From an uncultured Candidatus Binatia bacterium (lineage in GTDB: Bacteria; Desulfobacterota; Binatia; UBA9968; JAJDTQ01): a stretch of DNA of 64,000 nucleotides. Both the position numbers and the translations under genes were made by a program. Shown in pieces: positions 26,920 to 38,721 of the stretch. The notes beneath the pieces are model-generated. The model did no database searches, was not told the DNA's origin, and saw nothing but the letters and a program-made list of their open reading frames with translations. The first letter of the stretch is position 1, and each line of letters begins with the position of its first letter. The stretch spans positions 3,840,001 to 3,904,000 of the forward strand of contig OZ251459.1 of assembly GCA_965242525.1 (NCBI GenBank). Direction: 5' to 3'.

Positions 26920-28386
26920 ATGCTCGAACAGGAAGTATTGCCCATTGGGCTCACCTTCGACGACGTGCTGTTGATCCCCGCGGAATCGTCGGTGCTGCCG
27001 CGCGACGCGGACGTGTCCACGCGGTTGACGGAGCGCATCCGGCTCAACATCCCGCTCCTGAGCGCGGCCATGGACACGGTCACCGAGGCCCGCACCGCCA
27101 TCGCCATGGCCCAGGAAGGCGGCATGGGCTTCATCCACCGCAACATGCCGGTGGAGGCCCAGGCCAAGGAAGTGGAGAAGGTCAAGAAGTTCGAGAGCGG
27201 CATGATCTCGGACCCGGTGACCGTGGACCCGCACCAGAAGATCGCTGAGGCGCGGCAACTGATGGACCAGCACGGCATATCGGGGCTCCCGGTGACCCGG
27301 CAGGGCCGGCTGGTGGGGATACTCACCAACCGCGACCTGCGCTTCGAGAAGAACCCGGACCGCTGCGTGGACGAGCTGATGACCAAGGACAACCTGGTCA
27401 CGGTGCGGGACGGCGTGGACCTCGACGAGGCCCAGGAGATCCTCCACCGGCACCGGATCGAGAAGCTGCTGGTGGTGGACGAGCACTACCGGCTCAAGGG
27501 CCTGTTCACGGTCAAGGACATCGAGAAGAAGACCCGCCATCCGCTGGCGTGCAAGGACGACCGGGGCCGCCTGCGGGTGGGGGCCGCGGTGGGCGTGGGG
27601 CCGGATTGCGAGGAGCGGGTGGAGGCCCTGGTGCGGTCCGACGTGGACGCCGTGGCGGTGGACACGGCGCACGGCCACGCCGCCAAGGTGCTGGAGACGG
27701 TGGCGCGCATCCGCCGGGAGCATCCGGAACTGGACCTCGTCGGCGGCAACGTGGCCACTGCCCAGGGCGCCCAGGCCCTCATCGACGCGGGCGTCGACTG
27801 CGTGAAGGTGGGGGTGGGGCCGGGCTCCATCTGCACCACCCGGGTGGTCTCCGGCGTCGGCGTCCCGCAACTCAGCGCCGTTGCCGACTGCGCCCGTGTG
27901 GGCGCGCGCACCGGCGTGCCGCTGGTGTCGGACGGCGGCATCAAGTATTCCGGCGACGTCACCAAGGCCCTGGCCGCGGGCGCCAGCGCGGTGATGATCG
28001 GCACGCTGTTCGGGGGCTGCGAGGAAAGCCCGGGGGAGACCGTGCTCTACCAGGGGAGGACCTACAAGGTATATCGGGGCATGGGCTCCATCGGCGCCAT
28101 GCGGGAAGGCAGCAGGGACCGCTACGCCCAGGACGACATCGAGGAGGACGTGAAGCTCGTGCCCGAAGGGGTGGAAGGCCAGGTGCCCTACCGGGGCACC
28201 CTGGCGTCGAACATCTACCAGCTCATCGGTGGCGTCCGGGCCGGCATGGGGTACGTGGGCTGCGCCGACATCCACGAGCTCCAGACCAAGGCCCGGTTCA
28301 TGCAGGTCACCGCGGCCGGCCTGACCGAAGGGCACGTCCACGACGTCTTCATCACCAACGAAGCGCCCAACTATCGAAGAGAATGA
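26920..28386 (+). CDS. guaB: IMP dehydrogenase
   Basis: [20 protein letters not shown] pair, [24 protein letters not shown]. Confidence 0.98.
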   Translation: MLEQEVLPIGLTFDDVLLIPAESSVLPRDADVSTRLTERIRLNIPLLSAAMDTVTEARTAIAMAQEGGMGFIHRNMPVEAQAKEVEKVKKFESGMISDPVTVDPHQKIAEARQLMDQHGISGLPVTRQGRLVGILTNRDLRFEKNPDRCVDELMTKDNLVTVRDGVDLDEAQEILHRHRIEKLLVVDEHYRLKGLFTVKDIEKKTRHPLACKDDRGRLRVGAAVGVGPDCEERVEALVRSDVDAVAVDTAHGHAAKVLETVARIRREHPELDLVGGNVATAQGAQALIDAGVDCVKVGVGPGSICTTRVVSGVGVPQLSAVADCARVGARTGVPLVSDGGIKYSGDVTKALAAGASAVMIGTLFGGCEESPGETVLYQGRTYKVYRGMGSIGAMREGSRDRYAQDDIEEDVKLVPEGVEGQVPYRGTLASNIYQLIGGVRAGMGYVGCADIHELQTKARFMQVTAAGLTEGHVHDVFITNEAPNYRRE

Positions 28387-29915
28387 TCGTCGTCCTCGAC
28401 TTCGGGTCCCAGTACACCCAGCTCATCGCCCGCCGCGTCCGGGAAGCGCGCGTGTACTGCGAGATCCGCTCCTTCGACACCCCGGTCGAAGAGTTGCGCC
28501 GCCTGGGTCCCGCGGGGGTCATCCTGTCCGGAGGACCGGCCAGCGTCTATGACAACGGGGCGCCCCGGGTCAGCCCGGAACTGTTCCGGTTGCCGGCCCC
28601 GTTCCTGGGCATCTGCTACGGCATGGGCATCATCAACCAGGCCATGGGCGGCGGCGTGGCGGAAGCGGCGCGCCGGGAGTACGGCCTGGCCGACCTGCGG
28701 GTGGACGACGCCGGGGACCTGTTGGCCGGCTTCGAGCCGGACCGCGGCCACGCCGTGTGGATGAGCCACGGCGACCGGATGACGTCGCTGCCGGAGGGCT
28801 GGTCGGTGATCGCGCATACCGGGAACTCGCCCATCGCCGGGTTCGCCGACCGCGGGCGCCGCCTCTTCGGCCTCCAGTTCCATCCCGAAGTGGTCCATAC
28901 CGAGGGCGGCCGCGCCATACTGGAGAACTTCCTGTTCCGTATCTGCGGCTGCGCGGCCGACTGGGACATGGAGCACTTCGCCACCGCCGCGGTGGAGAAG
29001 GTGCGCCGACAGGTGGGCGGCGCCCGGGTGCTGTGCGGCTTGAGCGGCGGCGTCGATTCGTCGGTGGCCGCCACCCTGGTGCACCGCGCCATCGGCGACC
29101 GGCTCGTGTGCGTGTTCGTCAACAACGGGCTCCTGCGACAGGACGAGCCGGAGACCGTCTCGCAGGTCATGGGGGAACGCTTCGGCGCGAGTTTCCGCTA
29201 CGTGGACGCCTCCCGGCGCTTCCTGGAGGTCCTCCGGGGGGTGGAGGACCCCGAAGAGAAGCGCAAGCGCATCGGCGGACTCTTCATCCGCGTGTTCGAG
29301 GAGGAGACCCGCAAGCTCGGCGACTTCCCGTTCCTGTGCCAGGGGACCCTCTATCCCGACGTCATCGAGTCGGTTCCCCGCGCCGGCCCGGCCGCGCTCA
29401 TCAAGAGCCACCACAACGTGGGCGGGTTGCCGGAGAACATGGAGTTCGAGCTGGTGGAGCCGCTACGGGAGCTCTTCAAGGACGAGGTCCGCGCCCTGGG
29501 CCGGGAACTCGGACTGCCGGACCGCTGGATCCAGCGGCAACCGTTCCCGGGTCCGGGCTTGGCCATCCGCATACTCGGCGACGTGACCGAAGAGCGGCTC
29601 CGGATACTGCGGGCCGCGGACGCCGTGGTGGTGGAGGAGGTCCGCAACGCCGGCCTGTACGAGCGCATCTGGCAGGCCTTCGCCGTCCTCCTGCCCATCC
29701 GCACCGTGGGGGTCATGGGCGACGAGCGGACCTACGAGAACGTGGCCGCGGTGCGGGCCGTCGACAGCCGGGACGGCATGACCGCGGACTGGGTCCCGCT
29801 GCCCCCGGACCTCCTGGCCCGCATCTCGAGCCGCATCATCAACGAAGTGCGCGGCATCAACCGGGTGGTGTACGACGTGTCGTCCAAGCCCCCCGCCACC
29901 ATCGAATGGGAGTAG
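28383..29915 (+). CDS. guaA: GMP synthase (glutamine-hydrolysing)
   Basis: ATGA overlap with guaB; [50 protein letters not shown]. Confidence 0.98.
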   Translation: MIVVLDFGSQYTQLIARRVREARVYCEIRSFDTPVEELRRLGPAGVILSGGPASVYDNGAPRVSPELFRLPAPFLGICYGMGIINQAMGGGVAEAARREYGLADLRVDDAGDLLAGFEPDRGHAVWMSHGDRMTSLPEGWSVIAHTGNSPIAGFADRGRRLFGLQFHPEVVHTEGGRAILENFLFRICGCAADWDMEHFATAAVEKVRRQVGGARVLCGLSGGVDSSVAATLVHRAIGDRLVCVFVNNGLLRQDEPETVSQVMGERFGASFRYVDASRRFLEVLRGVEDPEEKRKRIGGLFIRVFEEETRKLGDFPFLCQGTLYPDVIESVPRAGPAALIKSHHNVGGLPENMEFELVEPLRELFKDEVRALGRELGLPDRWIQRQPFPGPGLAIRILGDVTEERLRILRAADAVVVEEVRNAGLYERIWQAFAVLLPIRTVGVMGDERTYENVAAVRAVDSRDGMTADWVPLPPDLLARISSRIINEVRGINRVVYDVSSKPPATIEWE

Positions 29916-29981
29916 TTTCGAGAAATGGAGACGGGCTGCTGCGCCACTCGCCGAAGGGACATGAGAAATACCCGTTGGTGC

Positions 29982-30064
29982 AGATATACGGGTACAGGGC
30001 TGGACACTGAGGGGCCATGATGTGAAGATACGTGGATACAGGGCCGGACACTGAGAGGCCATGA
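29982..30064 (+). repeat. Two ~39 bp imperfect direct repeats (44 bp period)
   Basis: agata....g.tacagggc(t/c)ggacactgag(g/a)ggccatga at 29982-30020 and 30026-30064. Confidence 0.75.
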
Positions 30065-30077
30065 CAAGGACGTTCCC

Positions 30078-30121
30078 CCGTTCGTCCTGAGCGTAGCGTA
30101 GCGAAGTCGAAGGGCGAACGG
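30078..30121 (-). repeat. REP-like element, copy 3 (most complete palindrome)
   Basis: ccgttcgtcct-gagcgtagcgtagcgaagtcga-agggcgaacgg. Confidence 0.85.
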
Positions 30122-30129
30122 CAAACATC

Positions 30130-30357
30130 GTGAGTTTCCGGGTTTACATGTTGCGCTGCAGAGACAGGGCGTACTATATCGGCCACACGGATGACCTGGA
30201 CCACCGTCTTTAGCAACATCACATTGATGTTTCCGACGGATACACCACGTCCCGCAAGCCCCTGTCTCTGGTCTATTCTTGCTAGTTTCCCTCAAGGGGA
30301 GAGGCGCTAGAAGCCGAACGGCAGATCAAGGGTTGGACTCGAAAGAAGAAGGAAGCA
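30130..30357 (+). pseudogene. Stand-alone GIY-YIG nuclease (YazA/UPF0213-like) pseudogene
   Basis: One frame reads MSFRVYMLRCRDRAYYIGHTDDLDHRL*QHH...GYTTSRKPLSLVYSC*FPSRGEALEAERQIKGWTRKKKEA, with in-frame TAG at 30211 and 30283. Missed by the ORF track. Confidence 0.85.
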
Positions 30358-30709
30358 TCGTGGGATGGGCGGATTAGTGGACAGAGGTATGGCAAACCCC
30401 GGAAGCGAACCTATGGCAGGGAAACTGAGTGCCTTGGCCATCGCGTTGCTCAGCCTGAGAGGGATGCGGGAGGGAGTCCGGGTTATGACCGGTGGTTGCA
30501 GGCCAACACGGTGAGACACCGCACGCATTCGTTGTTTTGACAGGCCCTGTGCTGTATGAGCAGACCCCCAACTGGCCCGAACACCGCCTGCGCCCCCTCA
30601 TGGACAGGTTTGCTCAAATGCTGATGGAACAACGAGTCTATCCTAATGTCTTCGCCATCATCTAAACCCTCAAAATGAGGAGGTGTTTGAGGCCCATGGG
30701 AGGAGAATC

Positions 30710-32899
30710 ATGAGCGATGAACTCTCTGAGCAACTGCGCGGCAGGCGGCATACCGTATCGCTTGCACGCCTCTACTTGGACCCGAACAACTATCGGATCG
30801 TAGATAACCCAGAGTACCGTCCTGTCGCACCTGCAGATGTTTTCAACCTGGATGTGCAGCGACGCACGACCAGATTTGTTGCCGGGCGCACTCAGGAGAA
30901 CATTCGAGACCTGATTGCCAGCATCAAGGAGAATGGCTGGCTGGACATCGATTCGATCCTGGTCGAACGTCGGGACGGTGGCCGACATCTGGTCCTCGAG
31001 GGCAATCGGCGCGTGGCCACGCTCAAGTACCTGCAAGGCCGATACGAGATGGACTCCATCGATCTGGGCAAGCTAGATCCTGCGTTGTTCTCCAAGGTGC
31101 CAGTGGTCTTCCACGAGTTCGCCGACGAACGGCAGCGTATGGTGATGATGGGCCTCCATCACATCACCGGCAAACGGCGCTGGCCGGCCGTCAATCGCGC
31201 CATGGCATTGAAGCACCTGCAGGAGCATTTCGATGGTGATGCAGATGCCGTATGCAATGCGCTCGGCATCAGCAAGCGCGAGTTCAATCTGTCCGTCAGG
31301 ACCCTTGCTTTGGTGGAAGCATACAAGGAAAGTGATTTCGGTGACCAGTTTCAATCCGATCAGTACAACCTGTTCCGCGAGGTTCTCAACAGCCCCTCAA
31401 TGCGCGGTTGGCTTGGCTGGGACCATTCGACGTGCAGGGCTACTAGACAGGCCAATCTGGAACGTATCTTCCACTGGATATCGTCAGAAGTCGAAAAGGA
31501 AGGTGGAGACGGTGACGAGGATATTGACGTCTGGGCGGAGTCCAACCCCGTAATCACCACGATCGGCCACATTCGTGAGCTTGCAAAGATCATCGACGAT
31601 CCCGAAGCGGTCAAGAGGCTGGACGAGACACGCAGTTTGCAGGAGGCAACGCTGTCGAGCAGCCTTTTGGTCAAGAGCGAAGTCGGCCGGGCATTCGAAT
31701 CATGCGACATCGGCATTCAGAAGCTGAGCAGGCGAGTCGGGGAGTTGACGCCCGAGGATCTGGACCGCATCGATCAACTCATCGGTAAGCTGCAAGGGCT
31801 CGCTCTAGCGCACAAGCGGCGCCCGCTGATGTCCGCCGGCCGGTTGCCTTGGGAGCCATTCAACGAGTTGACGCAATCGCAGTTCTCCGACGTCCATGTC
31901 CACCGTTACCGGGGTATCGACGGCCTTGCCCTTGAAGGCTTGAAGCGCATCAATCTCGTGGCAGGTACAAACAATGCCGGCAAGAGTTCCCTTCTCGAGG
32001 CAATCTACTTGCTTACCCGCCAGAACGACGAGGCAGGGTTGCTAGACGTCATACGCTGGCGGGGGCGACTCGAAGGCGAACCCGACCCCTGGTGGCTTGT
32101 CGAACAGATTCCATCCACCATCCGCATCGAAGGACGCTTCGATGAAGTGTCTAACCATTCGACGAGCTTCGACTTACAGCGCGTGAGCGAGCCTGACGAG
32201 GATATCGAAGATCAGACAACCTTCCTCGCCAAGCTCGCCATCGAGTCTAGCTACGCCGGTCATGCCCAAAGCACGGATGTGGCGCTGTTTTCGGATCGGC
32301 CCCGCCGCACTGGCTTCCAAGGTCGGCATTGGCTGTGCCGATCCGCTCTCACTAGTCCGTTCTGGGTCAATCGTGTGGACACGCTTGCCGAATCCAACAA
32401 GGCTGCGCTAGAGACGGGCACAAAGGTGAAGGTGATCGACTTCATCAAGAAGCATCTCGACGCTCGGATGACGAACATCGAGCTGGCGGACAAGTTCAAC
32501 CGGTTCCTGGTGAGCCACCTGGACTTCGACCGGGCACCGGACTTATCATCGTTCGGCGACGGTATGCGACGGATATTCGAGATTGGTTTGCTGTTTGCAG
32601 GTGTTCGGGGTGGGGTGCTGCTCATCGACGAGTTCGAGAACGCAATCCACACAGAACTACTTATCCCCTTTACCCGCGTTGTCCAAGAACTTGCTGTGGA
32701 ACTCAATGTACAGGTCTTCCTGACCACTCACAGCAAGGAAGCACTGGATGCCTTCATAGAGAACGGATATAACACTGACGACGTCGCCGGCTATGCAATC
32801 TGCCAGGGAGACGAAGGTGCCGGCGTTCGACGTTTTGACGGTAACAGACTCCAGCGTCTGAACAGAGCCCTCGATTTTGACCTCAGGGGCATTCGATGA
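30710..32899 (+). CDS. ParB/Srx-like N-terminal domain fused to an ABC-type ATPase (AAA_15/AAA_21-like)
   Basis: N-term LYLDPNNYR...SIKENGW...VLEGNRRVATLK. C-term Walker A GTNNAGKS, signature FGDG, Walker B LLIDEFEN, H-loop TTHS. AGGAG RBS. Confidence 0.8.
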   Translation: MSDELSEQLRGRRHTVSLARLYLDPNNYRIVDNPEYRPVAPADVFNLDVQRRTTRFVAGRTQENIRDLIASIKENGWLDIDSILVERRDGGRHLVLEGNRRVATLKYLQGRYEMDSIDLGKLDPALFSKVPVVFHEFADERQRMVMMGLHHITGKRRWPAVNRAMALKHLQEHFDGDADAVCNALGISKREFNLSVRTLALVEAYKESDFGDQFQSDQYNLFREVLNSPSMRGWLGWDHSTCRATRQANLERIFHWISSEVEKEGGDGDEDIDVWAESNPVITTIGHIRELAKIIDDPEAVKRLDETRSLQEATLSSSLLVKSEVGRAFESCDIGIQKLSRRVGELTPEDLDRIDQLIGKLQGLALAHKRRPLMSAGRLPWEPFNELTQSQFSDVHVHRYRGIDGLALEGLKRINLVAGTNNAGKSSLLEAIYLLTRQNDEAGLLDVIRWRGRLEGEPDPWWLVEQIPSTIRIEGRFDEVSNHSTSFDLQRVSEPDEDIEDQTTFLAKLAIESSYAGHAQSTDVALFSDRPRRTGFQGRHWLCRSALTSPFWVNRVDTLAESNKAALETGTKVKVIDFIKKHLDARMTNIELADKFNRFLVSHLDFDRAPDLSSFGDGMRRIFEIGLLFAGVRGGVLLIDEFENAIHTELLIPFTRVVQELAVELNVQVFLTTHSKEALDAFIENGYNTDDVAGYAICQGDEGAGVRRFDGNRLQRLNRALDFDLRGIR

Positions 32900-33741
32900 A
32901 GGCGCTTCTGGTCCTCTGTGAAGGTCTCCACGAGATCGTGTTCGTGCAGCGAAGCCTGGGGGCTGTTGCCGGTTGCTGTTGGGTGCAGAAACCCATAAAA
33001 AACCTGCCCTCGCCATTCGGTACTATTCCTGGCACATCGCCCAAAGGGTTGATTGCGAGGCGTATTGAGAGAAACGTCGACGATCTGACCCTTCGGAGCG
33101 CTGCATATCCCCCGCTGCCGCAGTTCCAGTCCGCCGTATCTGATGAGAAGACAGATACCATCTTCTTGCTGATTCGCGCTAATGGCAAGGACCAGCCCAA
33201 CGCCGTCAACGATCTCTTGGGAGATGTTGAAGAATCAATGGGCATAGGCAGCGTAGACGTAACGAAGTATGCTGTGGCGTTCCTGTTCGACGCGAACACC
33301 GTGGGGATGACGGCGACATTGACCAAGTTTCGCGTGCACTACTATAGCCATTTCGGCGATTTGTCGGAGGCTAGACACTCGAAGTGGGTAGCCACGGCCA
33401 AGTGCCCGGTTGGTGTGTTCGTCTTCCACAAAGCAGCGACGGACGAAACGGGTACGCTTGACGATCACCTGGCACCGATGGTCAAGTCAACTTGGCCGGA
33501 CAGATACACCAGCGCATGCGGCTTTATCGACGACAACAGAAAGCCCGGCGACGAAGTGTCCCATAACAGTGCAGGGCGGCTAAAGGCCATCATCACGTCG
33601 GCCGGACAGTTCGATCATCCTGGATCGCCCATGTCGACCATGATCGCCCGAGATGGCATTCCCAAGACGCGATTTGAAACGTCTCCAATGAGCCAAGCGC
33701 TGGTTGACTTCCTTCAGGGAGTTCCGTGGCACAATTATTGA
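32896..33741 (+). CDS. DUF3226-like / TOPRIM-like partner of the ABC ATPase
   Basis: ATGA overlap with the ATPase gene; N-terminal LLVLCEG, FLFDAN and GTLDD acidic motifs. Confidence 0.6.
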   Translation: MKALLVLCEGLHEIVFVQRSLGAVAGCCWVQKPIKNLPSPFGTIPGTSPKGLIARRIERNVDDLTLRSAAYPPLPQFQSAVSDEKTDTIFLLIRANGKDQPNAVNDLLGDVEESMGIGSVDVTKYAVAFLFDANTVGMTATLTKFRVHYYSHFGDLSEARHSKWVATAKCPVGVFVFHKAATDETGTLDDHLAPMVKSTWPDRYTSACGFIDDNRKPGDEVSHNSAGRLKAIITSAGQFDHPGSPMSTMIARDGIPKTRFETSPMSQALVDFLQGVPWHNY

Positions 33742-33772
33742 GATTATCAATCTTGCAGTCCGAGGACGTAGC

Positions 33773-36700
33773 ATGAACGAGAACAGTTTCGTACATCTTC
33801 ACTGCCATACCCAGTACAGCCTGCTGGACGGGGCCAACAAGATCGAGCCGCTGATCGAGCGGGCCAGGGGCATGGGGCAGACGGCCATCGCCATGACCGA
33901 CCACGGCAACATGTTCGGCGCGGTGGAGTTCTACCGGGCGGCGGCCGCCGCGGGGGTCAAACCGATCCTCGGGTGCGAGGTCTATGTGGCGCCGGGCAGC
34001 CGCTTCGACCGACAGGGAGGGGTGGACCGGGGCAACAGGGAGTACAACCACCACCTGATCCTGCTGGCCATGGACAACGAGGGCTACCGCAACCTGTGCC
34101 GGCTGGTGACGCTGGGCTTCCGGGAGGGGTTCTACTACAAGCCGCGCATCGACAAGGAGCTGTTGCGGGAGCACAACGCCGGCATCATCGCCCTGAGCGG
34201 CTGCCTGAGCAGCGAGATGGCCAAGGCCCTGACCCAGGGGTCCCTGGACCAGGCCCGGCAGGTGGCGGAAACCTACCGGGCCATCTTCGACGACCGCTAC
34301 TACCTGGAGGTCCAGGACAACAAGCTGTCGCTGCAGCAGAAGGTCAACGACGGCGTCATCGAGCTCGGCAAGGAGCTGTCCCTGCCCATAGTGGCCACCA
34401 ACGACTGCCACTACCTGGAGCCGGAAGACGCCAAGGCCCACGACATCCTCCTGTGCATCCAGACCGGCAAGGGCCACGACGACCCCAACCGCATGAAGAT
34501 GGACACCGAGGAGCTCTTTCTCAAGTCCACCGCGGAGATGGCCGCCGGGTTCGAGGGCATGCCGGAAGCCGTCACGCAGAGCGCGGCCATCGCCGAGCGC
34601 TGCAACGTGGAGATCGAGTTCGGCAAGTACCACTTCCCGCACTACGAGACGCCGGACTCCCAGAGCCTCGACGACTACCTGGACACCCGCGCCCGCAAGG
34701 GGCTCGCCGACCGGCTCGCGGACGCGGGGGAGGTCGATCAGGACGCCTACCGCGAAAGGCTCGAATACGAGCTCGACGTCATCAAGAGCATGCAGTTCCC
34801 GGGCTACTTCCTCATCGTTGCGGACTTCATCAACTACGCCAAGGACGAAGGCATCCCGGTGGGTCCGGGGCGCGGCTCCGCGGCCGGCAGCCTGGTGGCC
34901 TACGCCCTGCGCATCACCGACCTCGACCCCATACGTCACAACCTGCTGTTCGAGCGTTTCCTGAACCCGGAGCGGCGCTCCATGCCGGACATCGACGTGG
35001 ACTTCTGCATCCGCGGGCGGGACCAGGTGATCCGCTACGTGAAGGACAAGTACGGCGACGACAAGGTGGCCCAGATCACCACCTTCGGGACCCTCAAGGC
35101 CAAGGCCGCCATCCGGGACGTGGGGCGCGCCCTGGGGCTCTCGTTCGCGGAGACCGACGCCATCGCCAAGCTCGTGCCGGCGCCCAAGCAGGGGTTCGAC
35201 TGCCCGCTCTCCGAGGCCCTCAAGCAGGAGCCGCGCCTGAACCGGTTGGCGGACGAAGACCCCCGGGTGGCCCGCCTCATCAACCACGCCCTGCGCCTGG
35301 AGGGCCTCACCCGGCACTCTTCGACCCACGCCGCGGGCGTGGTCATCTCCAACCGCCCCCTGGTGGACTACCTGCCCCTGTACGTGGACCGGGAAGGCGG
35401 CATCGTCACCCAGTACGACATGTCGAGCGTGGAGAAGATCGGCCTCGTCAAGTTCGACTTCCTGGGACTCAAGACCCTGACCCTCATCCACGACTGCCTG
35501 GACCTGGTGCGGGAGAGCCGCGGCCAGGCCCCGGACCTGAAGACCCTGCCGCTGGACGACGAAGAGGCGTACCGCCTCCTGGGCAGCGGCGACACCACCG
35601 GGATCTTCCAGTTGGAGAGCACGGGCATCCGCGAGATGAGCGTACGCATCAAGCCCAACTGCTTCGAGGACGTGGTGGCCATACTCGCCCTCTACCGCCC
35701 AGGCCCGCTGGACAGCGGCATGGCCGAGGAATACATCAAGCGCAAGAGCGGCAAGGAGAAGACCACCTACCTGCACCCGGCCCTGGGACCCATCCTGAAG
35801 GACACCTACGGCGTCATCGTCTATCAGGAGCAGGTCATGCAGATCGCCCAGACCATGGCCAGGTACGGCCTCGGGGAGGCCGACATCCTGCGCCGGGCCA
35901 TGGGCAAGAAGGACCCCGAGGAAATGGCCAGCCAGAGGGAGCGGTTCATCCGGGGGGCCCGGGACAACGGCATCCGGGAGGACCTCGCCACCGCCATCTT
36001 CGACCAGATGGAGACCTTCGCGCGCTACGGCTTCAACAAGTCCCATTCCGCGGCCTACGCCCTGGTCTCCTACCAGACGGCCTACCTGAAGGCCCACTAC
36101 CCGGTGGAGTTCATGGCCGCCCTGATGAGTTCGGAGGTCGGCGACATCGACAAGGTGATCAAGAACCTCGCCGACTGCCGCAAGCAGGGCATCGAGGTGC
36201 TGCCCCCGGACGTGAACGAAGGCGGCCCCCGTTTCACCGTGGTGGGCGACCGCATCCGCTTCGGCCTCTCCGCGGTCAAGAACGTGGGGGAAAAGGCCGT
36301 GGAGAGCATCCGGGAGACCCGCGAGCGCACCGGACCGTTCGAGTCCCTGTTCGACTTCTGCCGGCGGGTGGACCTAAACGTGGCCAACCGGCGGGTGCTG
36401 GAGAGCCTCATCAAGTGCGGCGCCTTCGATTCCACCGGGGTCTTCCGGGCGCGCCTCATGGCCTCGCTGGACGACGCCCTCAAGACCGGCCAGTCGTCCC
36501 GGCGGGACCGGGACAGCGCCCAGATCGGCATGTTCGACATGCTCGAAACGCCGGAGGCCAGGGACCCCATGGACGCCTACCGGTCGGTGGACGAGTGGAC
36601 CGGCGGCCAGCTCCTCGCCTTCGAGAAGGAGGCCCTGGGCTTCTACATCACCGGCCATCCCCTGGACCGGTTCGAGGAGTCCCTGAAACGCCTCCACGCG

Positions 36701-37267
36701 CTGCCGGCCAACCGGGTGCGGGAGCACGGCCAGAGCGGCGAGGTCAGCATGGTCGGAGTGGTGACCGCGCTGAAGCTCAAGAACACCAAGAAGGGGGACC
36801 GGTACGCGAACTTCAACCTGGAGGACAAGACCGGGTTCGTGGACACCATCGCGTGGCCGGACACCTACCGCCAGACGGCCGACTCCATCGGCGGCGACGA
36901 CCCCATACGGGTCAACGGCCGGCTCGACGTGGGAGAGGAACGGGTCACGTTGATCGCCAACGAGATCCTCCCCCTGGACCAGGCCTGCGCCCAAGTCATG
37001 GCCGCCCCTTCCGCGACTCCTTCCGCGGCCCCTCCCGCGGAGGTCCACTTCTACCTGAAGGAGGTCACCCGGCGCGAGTTGCAGGCGTTCCACGACCTCA
37101 TCGCGCAGGAGCAGGGGCAGTCCTCGGTCTTCCTGCACATGACCACCGGCGCCCGGGAAACGAAGGTCGTCGGACCCGCCAACTTCCGCATCAACCCGTC
37201 GAGGACGCTCCTGGACACGGTGCACCGGAGGTTCGGCGCCCGCATCACCGCCAGAAGGGGCCAGTAG
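33773..37267 (+). CDS. dnaE: DNA polymerase III alpha subunit
   Basis: [18 protein letters not shown] domain, [32 protein letters not shown]. Confidence 0.97.
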   Translation: MNENSFVHLHCHTQYSLLDGANKIEPLIERARGMGQTAIAMTDHGNMFGAVEFYRAAAAAGVKPILGCEVYVAPGSRFDRQGGVDRGNREYNHHLILLAMDNEGYRNLCRLVTLGFREGFYYKPRIDKELLREHNAGIIALSGCLSSEMAKALTQGSLDQARQVAETYRAIFDDRYYLEVQDNKLSLQQKVNDGVIELGKELSLPIVATNDCHYLEPEDAKAHDILLCIQTGKGHDDPNRMKMDTEELFLKSTAEMAAGFEGMPEAVTQSAAIAERCNVEIEFGKYHFPHYETPDSQSLDDYLDTRARKGLADRLADAGEVDQDAYRERLEYELDVIKSMQFPGYFLIVADFINYAKDEGIPVGPGRGSAAGSLVAYALRITDLDPIRHNLLFERFLNPERRSMPDIDVDFCIRGRDQVIRYVKDKYGDDKVAQITTFGTLKAKAAIRDVGRALGLSFAETDAIAKLVPAPKQGFDCPLSEALKQEPRLNRLADEDPRVARLINHALRLEGLTRHSSTHAAGVVISNRPLVDYLPLYVDREGGIVTQYDMSSVEKIGLVKFDFLGLKTLTLIHDCLDLVRESRGQAPDLKTLPLDDEEAYRLLGSGDTTGIFQLESTGIREMSVRIKPNCFEDVVAILALYRPGPLDSGMAEEYIKRKSGKEKTTYLHPALGPILKDTYGVIVYQEQVMQIAQTMARYGLGEADILRRAMGKKDPEEMASQRERFIRGARDNGIREDLATAIFDQMETFARYGFNKSHSAAYALVSYQTAYLKAHYPVEFMAALMSSEVGDIDKVIKNLADCRKQGIEVLPPDVNEGGPRFTVVGDRIRFGLSAVKNVGEKAVESIRETRERTGPFESLFDFCRRVDLNVANRRVLESLIKCGAFDSTGVFRARLMASLDDALKTGQSSRRDRDSAQIGMFDMLETPEARDPMDAYRSVDEWTGGQLLAFEKEALGFYITGHPLDRFEESLKRLHALPANRVREHGQSGEVSMVGVVTALKLKNTKKGDRYANFNLEDKTGFVDTIAWPDTYRQTADSIGGDDPIRVNGRLDVGEERVTLIANEILPLDQACAQVMAAPSATPSAAPPAEVHFYLKEVTRRELQAFHDLIAQEQGQSSVFLHMTTGARETKVVGPANFRINPSRTLLDTVHRRFGARITARRGQ

Positions 37268-37319
37268 CCTGGACCGGGGACCGGACCATTCGGCCGAGCG
37301 CACGGAGCGCGCGGTCCTG

Positions 37320-38561
37320 GTGGGGGTGGAGACGCCGTCGCCTGCGGGGGACGTGGCCCTGGAAGACAGCCTGGAGGAGCTCCGGGGACTCGCCGCCAGC
37401 GCGGGCGCCGAGGTCATCGGCGTGTTCGGCCAGCGTTCCGCCAGGGCCCATGCGGCCACGCTCGCCGGCCCCGGCAAGGTGGCCGCGGTCCGGGCGTTCG
37501 CGGAGGAGCACCGCCCGGACCTGGTCATCTTCGACAACGACCTCACGCCGGCGCAGCAGCGGAACCTGGAATCGGAGTGGAAGGTGCGGGTCATCGACCG
37601 CACCCAGCTCATCCTCGACATCTTCGCACAGCGGGCCCGGAGCCGGGAAGGCAAGCTCCAGGTGGAGCTGGCCCAGCTCCAGTACCTGCTCCCCCGGCTC
37701 ACCCGGCTCTGGTCCCACCTGTCCCGGCTCGGCGGCGGCATCGGCGCCCGCGGACCGGGCGAGACCCAACTGGAGGTGGACCGCAGGCGCATCCGCGAGC
37801 GCATCGGCCGGCTCAAGCGGCGGCTGGACGGCGTCGCCCGGACCCGGCGGCTCCAACGCAAGGAACGGGAGGCGTTCCCGTACCCCACCGTGGCCCTGGT
37901 GGGTTACACCAACTCGGGCAAATCCACACTCCTGAACCGCCTGACCCGGGCGGGCGCGCTGGTGGAGGACAAGCTCTTCGCCACCCTGGACCCGCGCACC
38001 CGCGCCCTCCGGCTGCCCAACGGGGACCGGGTGATGCTGGTGGACACCGTGGGCTTCATCAACAAGATCCCCCATGCCCTCATGGACGCTTTCAAGGCCA
38101 CCCTGGAAGAGATCGGCCAAGCCGACCTGCTGTTGTGCGTCATGGACCCCACGAGCCCGCTGGCGGAACGGCAGCACGCGGTGGTGGAATCGGTGCTCGA
38201 GGAGATCGGCGCCGCCGACATCCCCCGGTTGCTGGCGCCCAACAAGATCGACGCGGCCCCGCACCTGCCCGCCTACCCGACCGCGGGCCACGAGGGCCTG
38301 TGCCCCATCTCCGCCCGCACCGGCGCCGGCATCGACGGTCTCCTGGATGCCATCGGGAACGTGCTGGACCGCGGCAAACAGAGGATCCGCCTGACCCTGC
38401 GGCAGTCCGAGTCCGTGATCCTGCCGTTCCTGAGGGCCCGCGGGCGGGTGCTCGCCGAGGAATACGGCGAGCACCACGTGCAGGTCACCGCGCTGGTGAC
38501 GGCGAAGGTCTCGGGGCAGATCAAGAAGCTGGCCGCCCGCGGAGCCGCCGGCGAGGGGTGA
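37320..38561 (+). CDS. hflX: GTPase HflX (start may lie slightly upstream)
   Basis: [50 protein letters not shown]. Confidence 0.96.
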   Translation: MGVETPSPAGDVALEDSLEELRGLAASAGAEVIGVFGQRSARAHAATLAGPGKVAAVRAFAEEHRPDLVIFDNDLTPAQQRNLESEWKVRVIDRTQLILDIFAQRARSREGKLQVELAQLQYLLPRLTRLWSHLSRLGGGIGARGPGETQLEVDRRRIRERIGRLKRRLDGVARTRRLQRKEREAFPYPTVALVGYTNSGKSTLLNRLTRAGALVEDKLFATLDPRTRALRLPNGDRVMLVDTVGFINKIPHALMDAFKATLEEIGQADLLLCVMDPTSPLAERQHAVVESVLEEIGAADIPRLLAPNKIDAAPHLPAYPTAGHEGLCPISARTGAGIDGLLDAIGNVLDRGKQRIRLTLRQSESVILPFLRARGRVLAEEYGEHHVQVTALVTAKVSGQIKKLAARGAAGEG

Positions 38562-38566
38562 CGGAA

Positions 38567-38596
38567 GAGCGTAACGAAGCAAGTCGAAGCACGCGC
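38567..38596 (-). repeat. Degenerate REP-like element, copy 4
   Basis: gagcgtaacgaagcaagtcgaagcacgcgc resembles the reverse core; lies just after the hflX stop. Confidence 0.65.
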
Positions 38597-38721
38597 CCTT
38601 GACCGGACGTTCCTCTACTTGCTGCCGACGGATGCCGGCGGAGTGGTTGCGTCGGGGGGTCCGAAGGTAATATGGAGGAAGGGTTCGAAGCGCCCGGTTC
38701 CGGCGTGAGGAGGCATCGCCC

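Noticed and set aside
29982-30064. Possible mini-CRISPR
   Set aside because: Only two repeats with a 5 bp gap and no cas genes.
30130-30357. Stop-codon recoding of the two TAGs in the GIY-YIG gene
   Set aside because: TAG is a normal stop for many genes here (etfB, guaA, dnaE) and the gene also appears to lose similarity after KKEA; pseudogene is simpler.
33973-37935. 1320 aa and other alternative-frame ORFs over dnaE, hflX, hsdR, hsdM and guaA
   Set aside because: Arg/Pro/Gly-rich frame-shadow ORFs typical of high-GC DNA.
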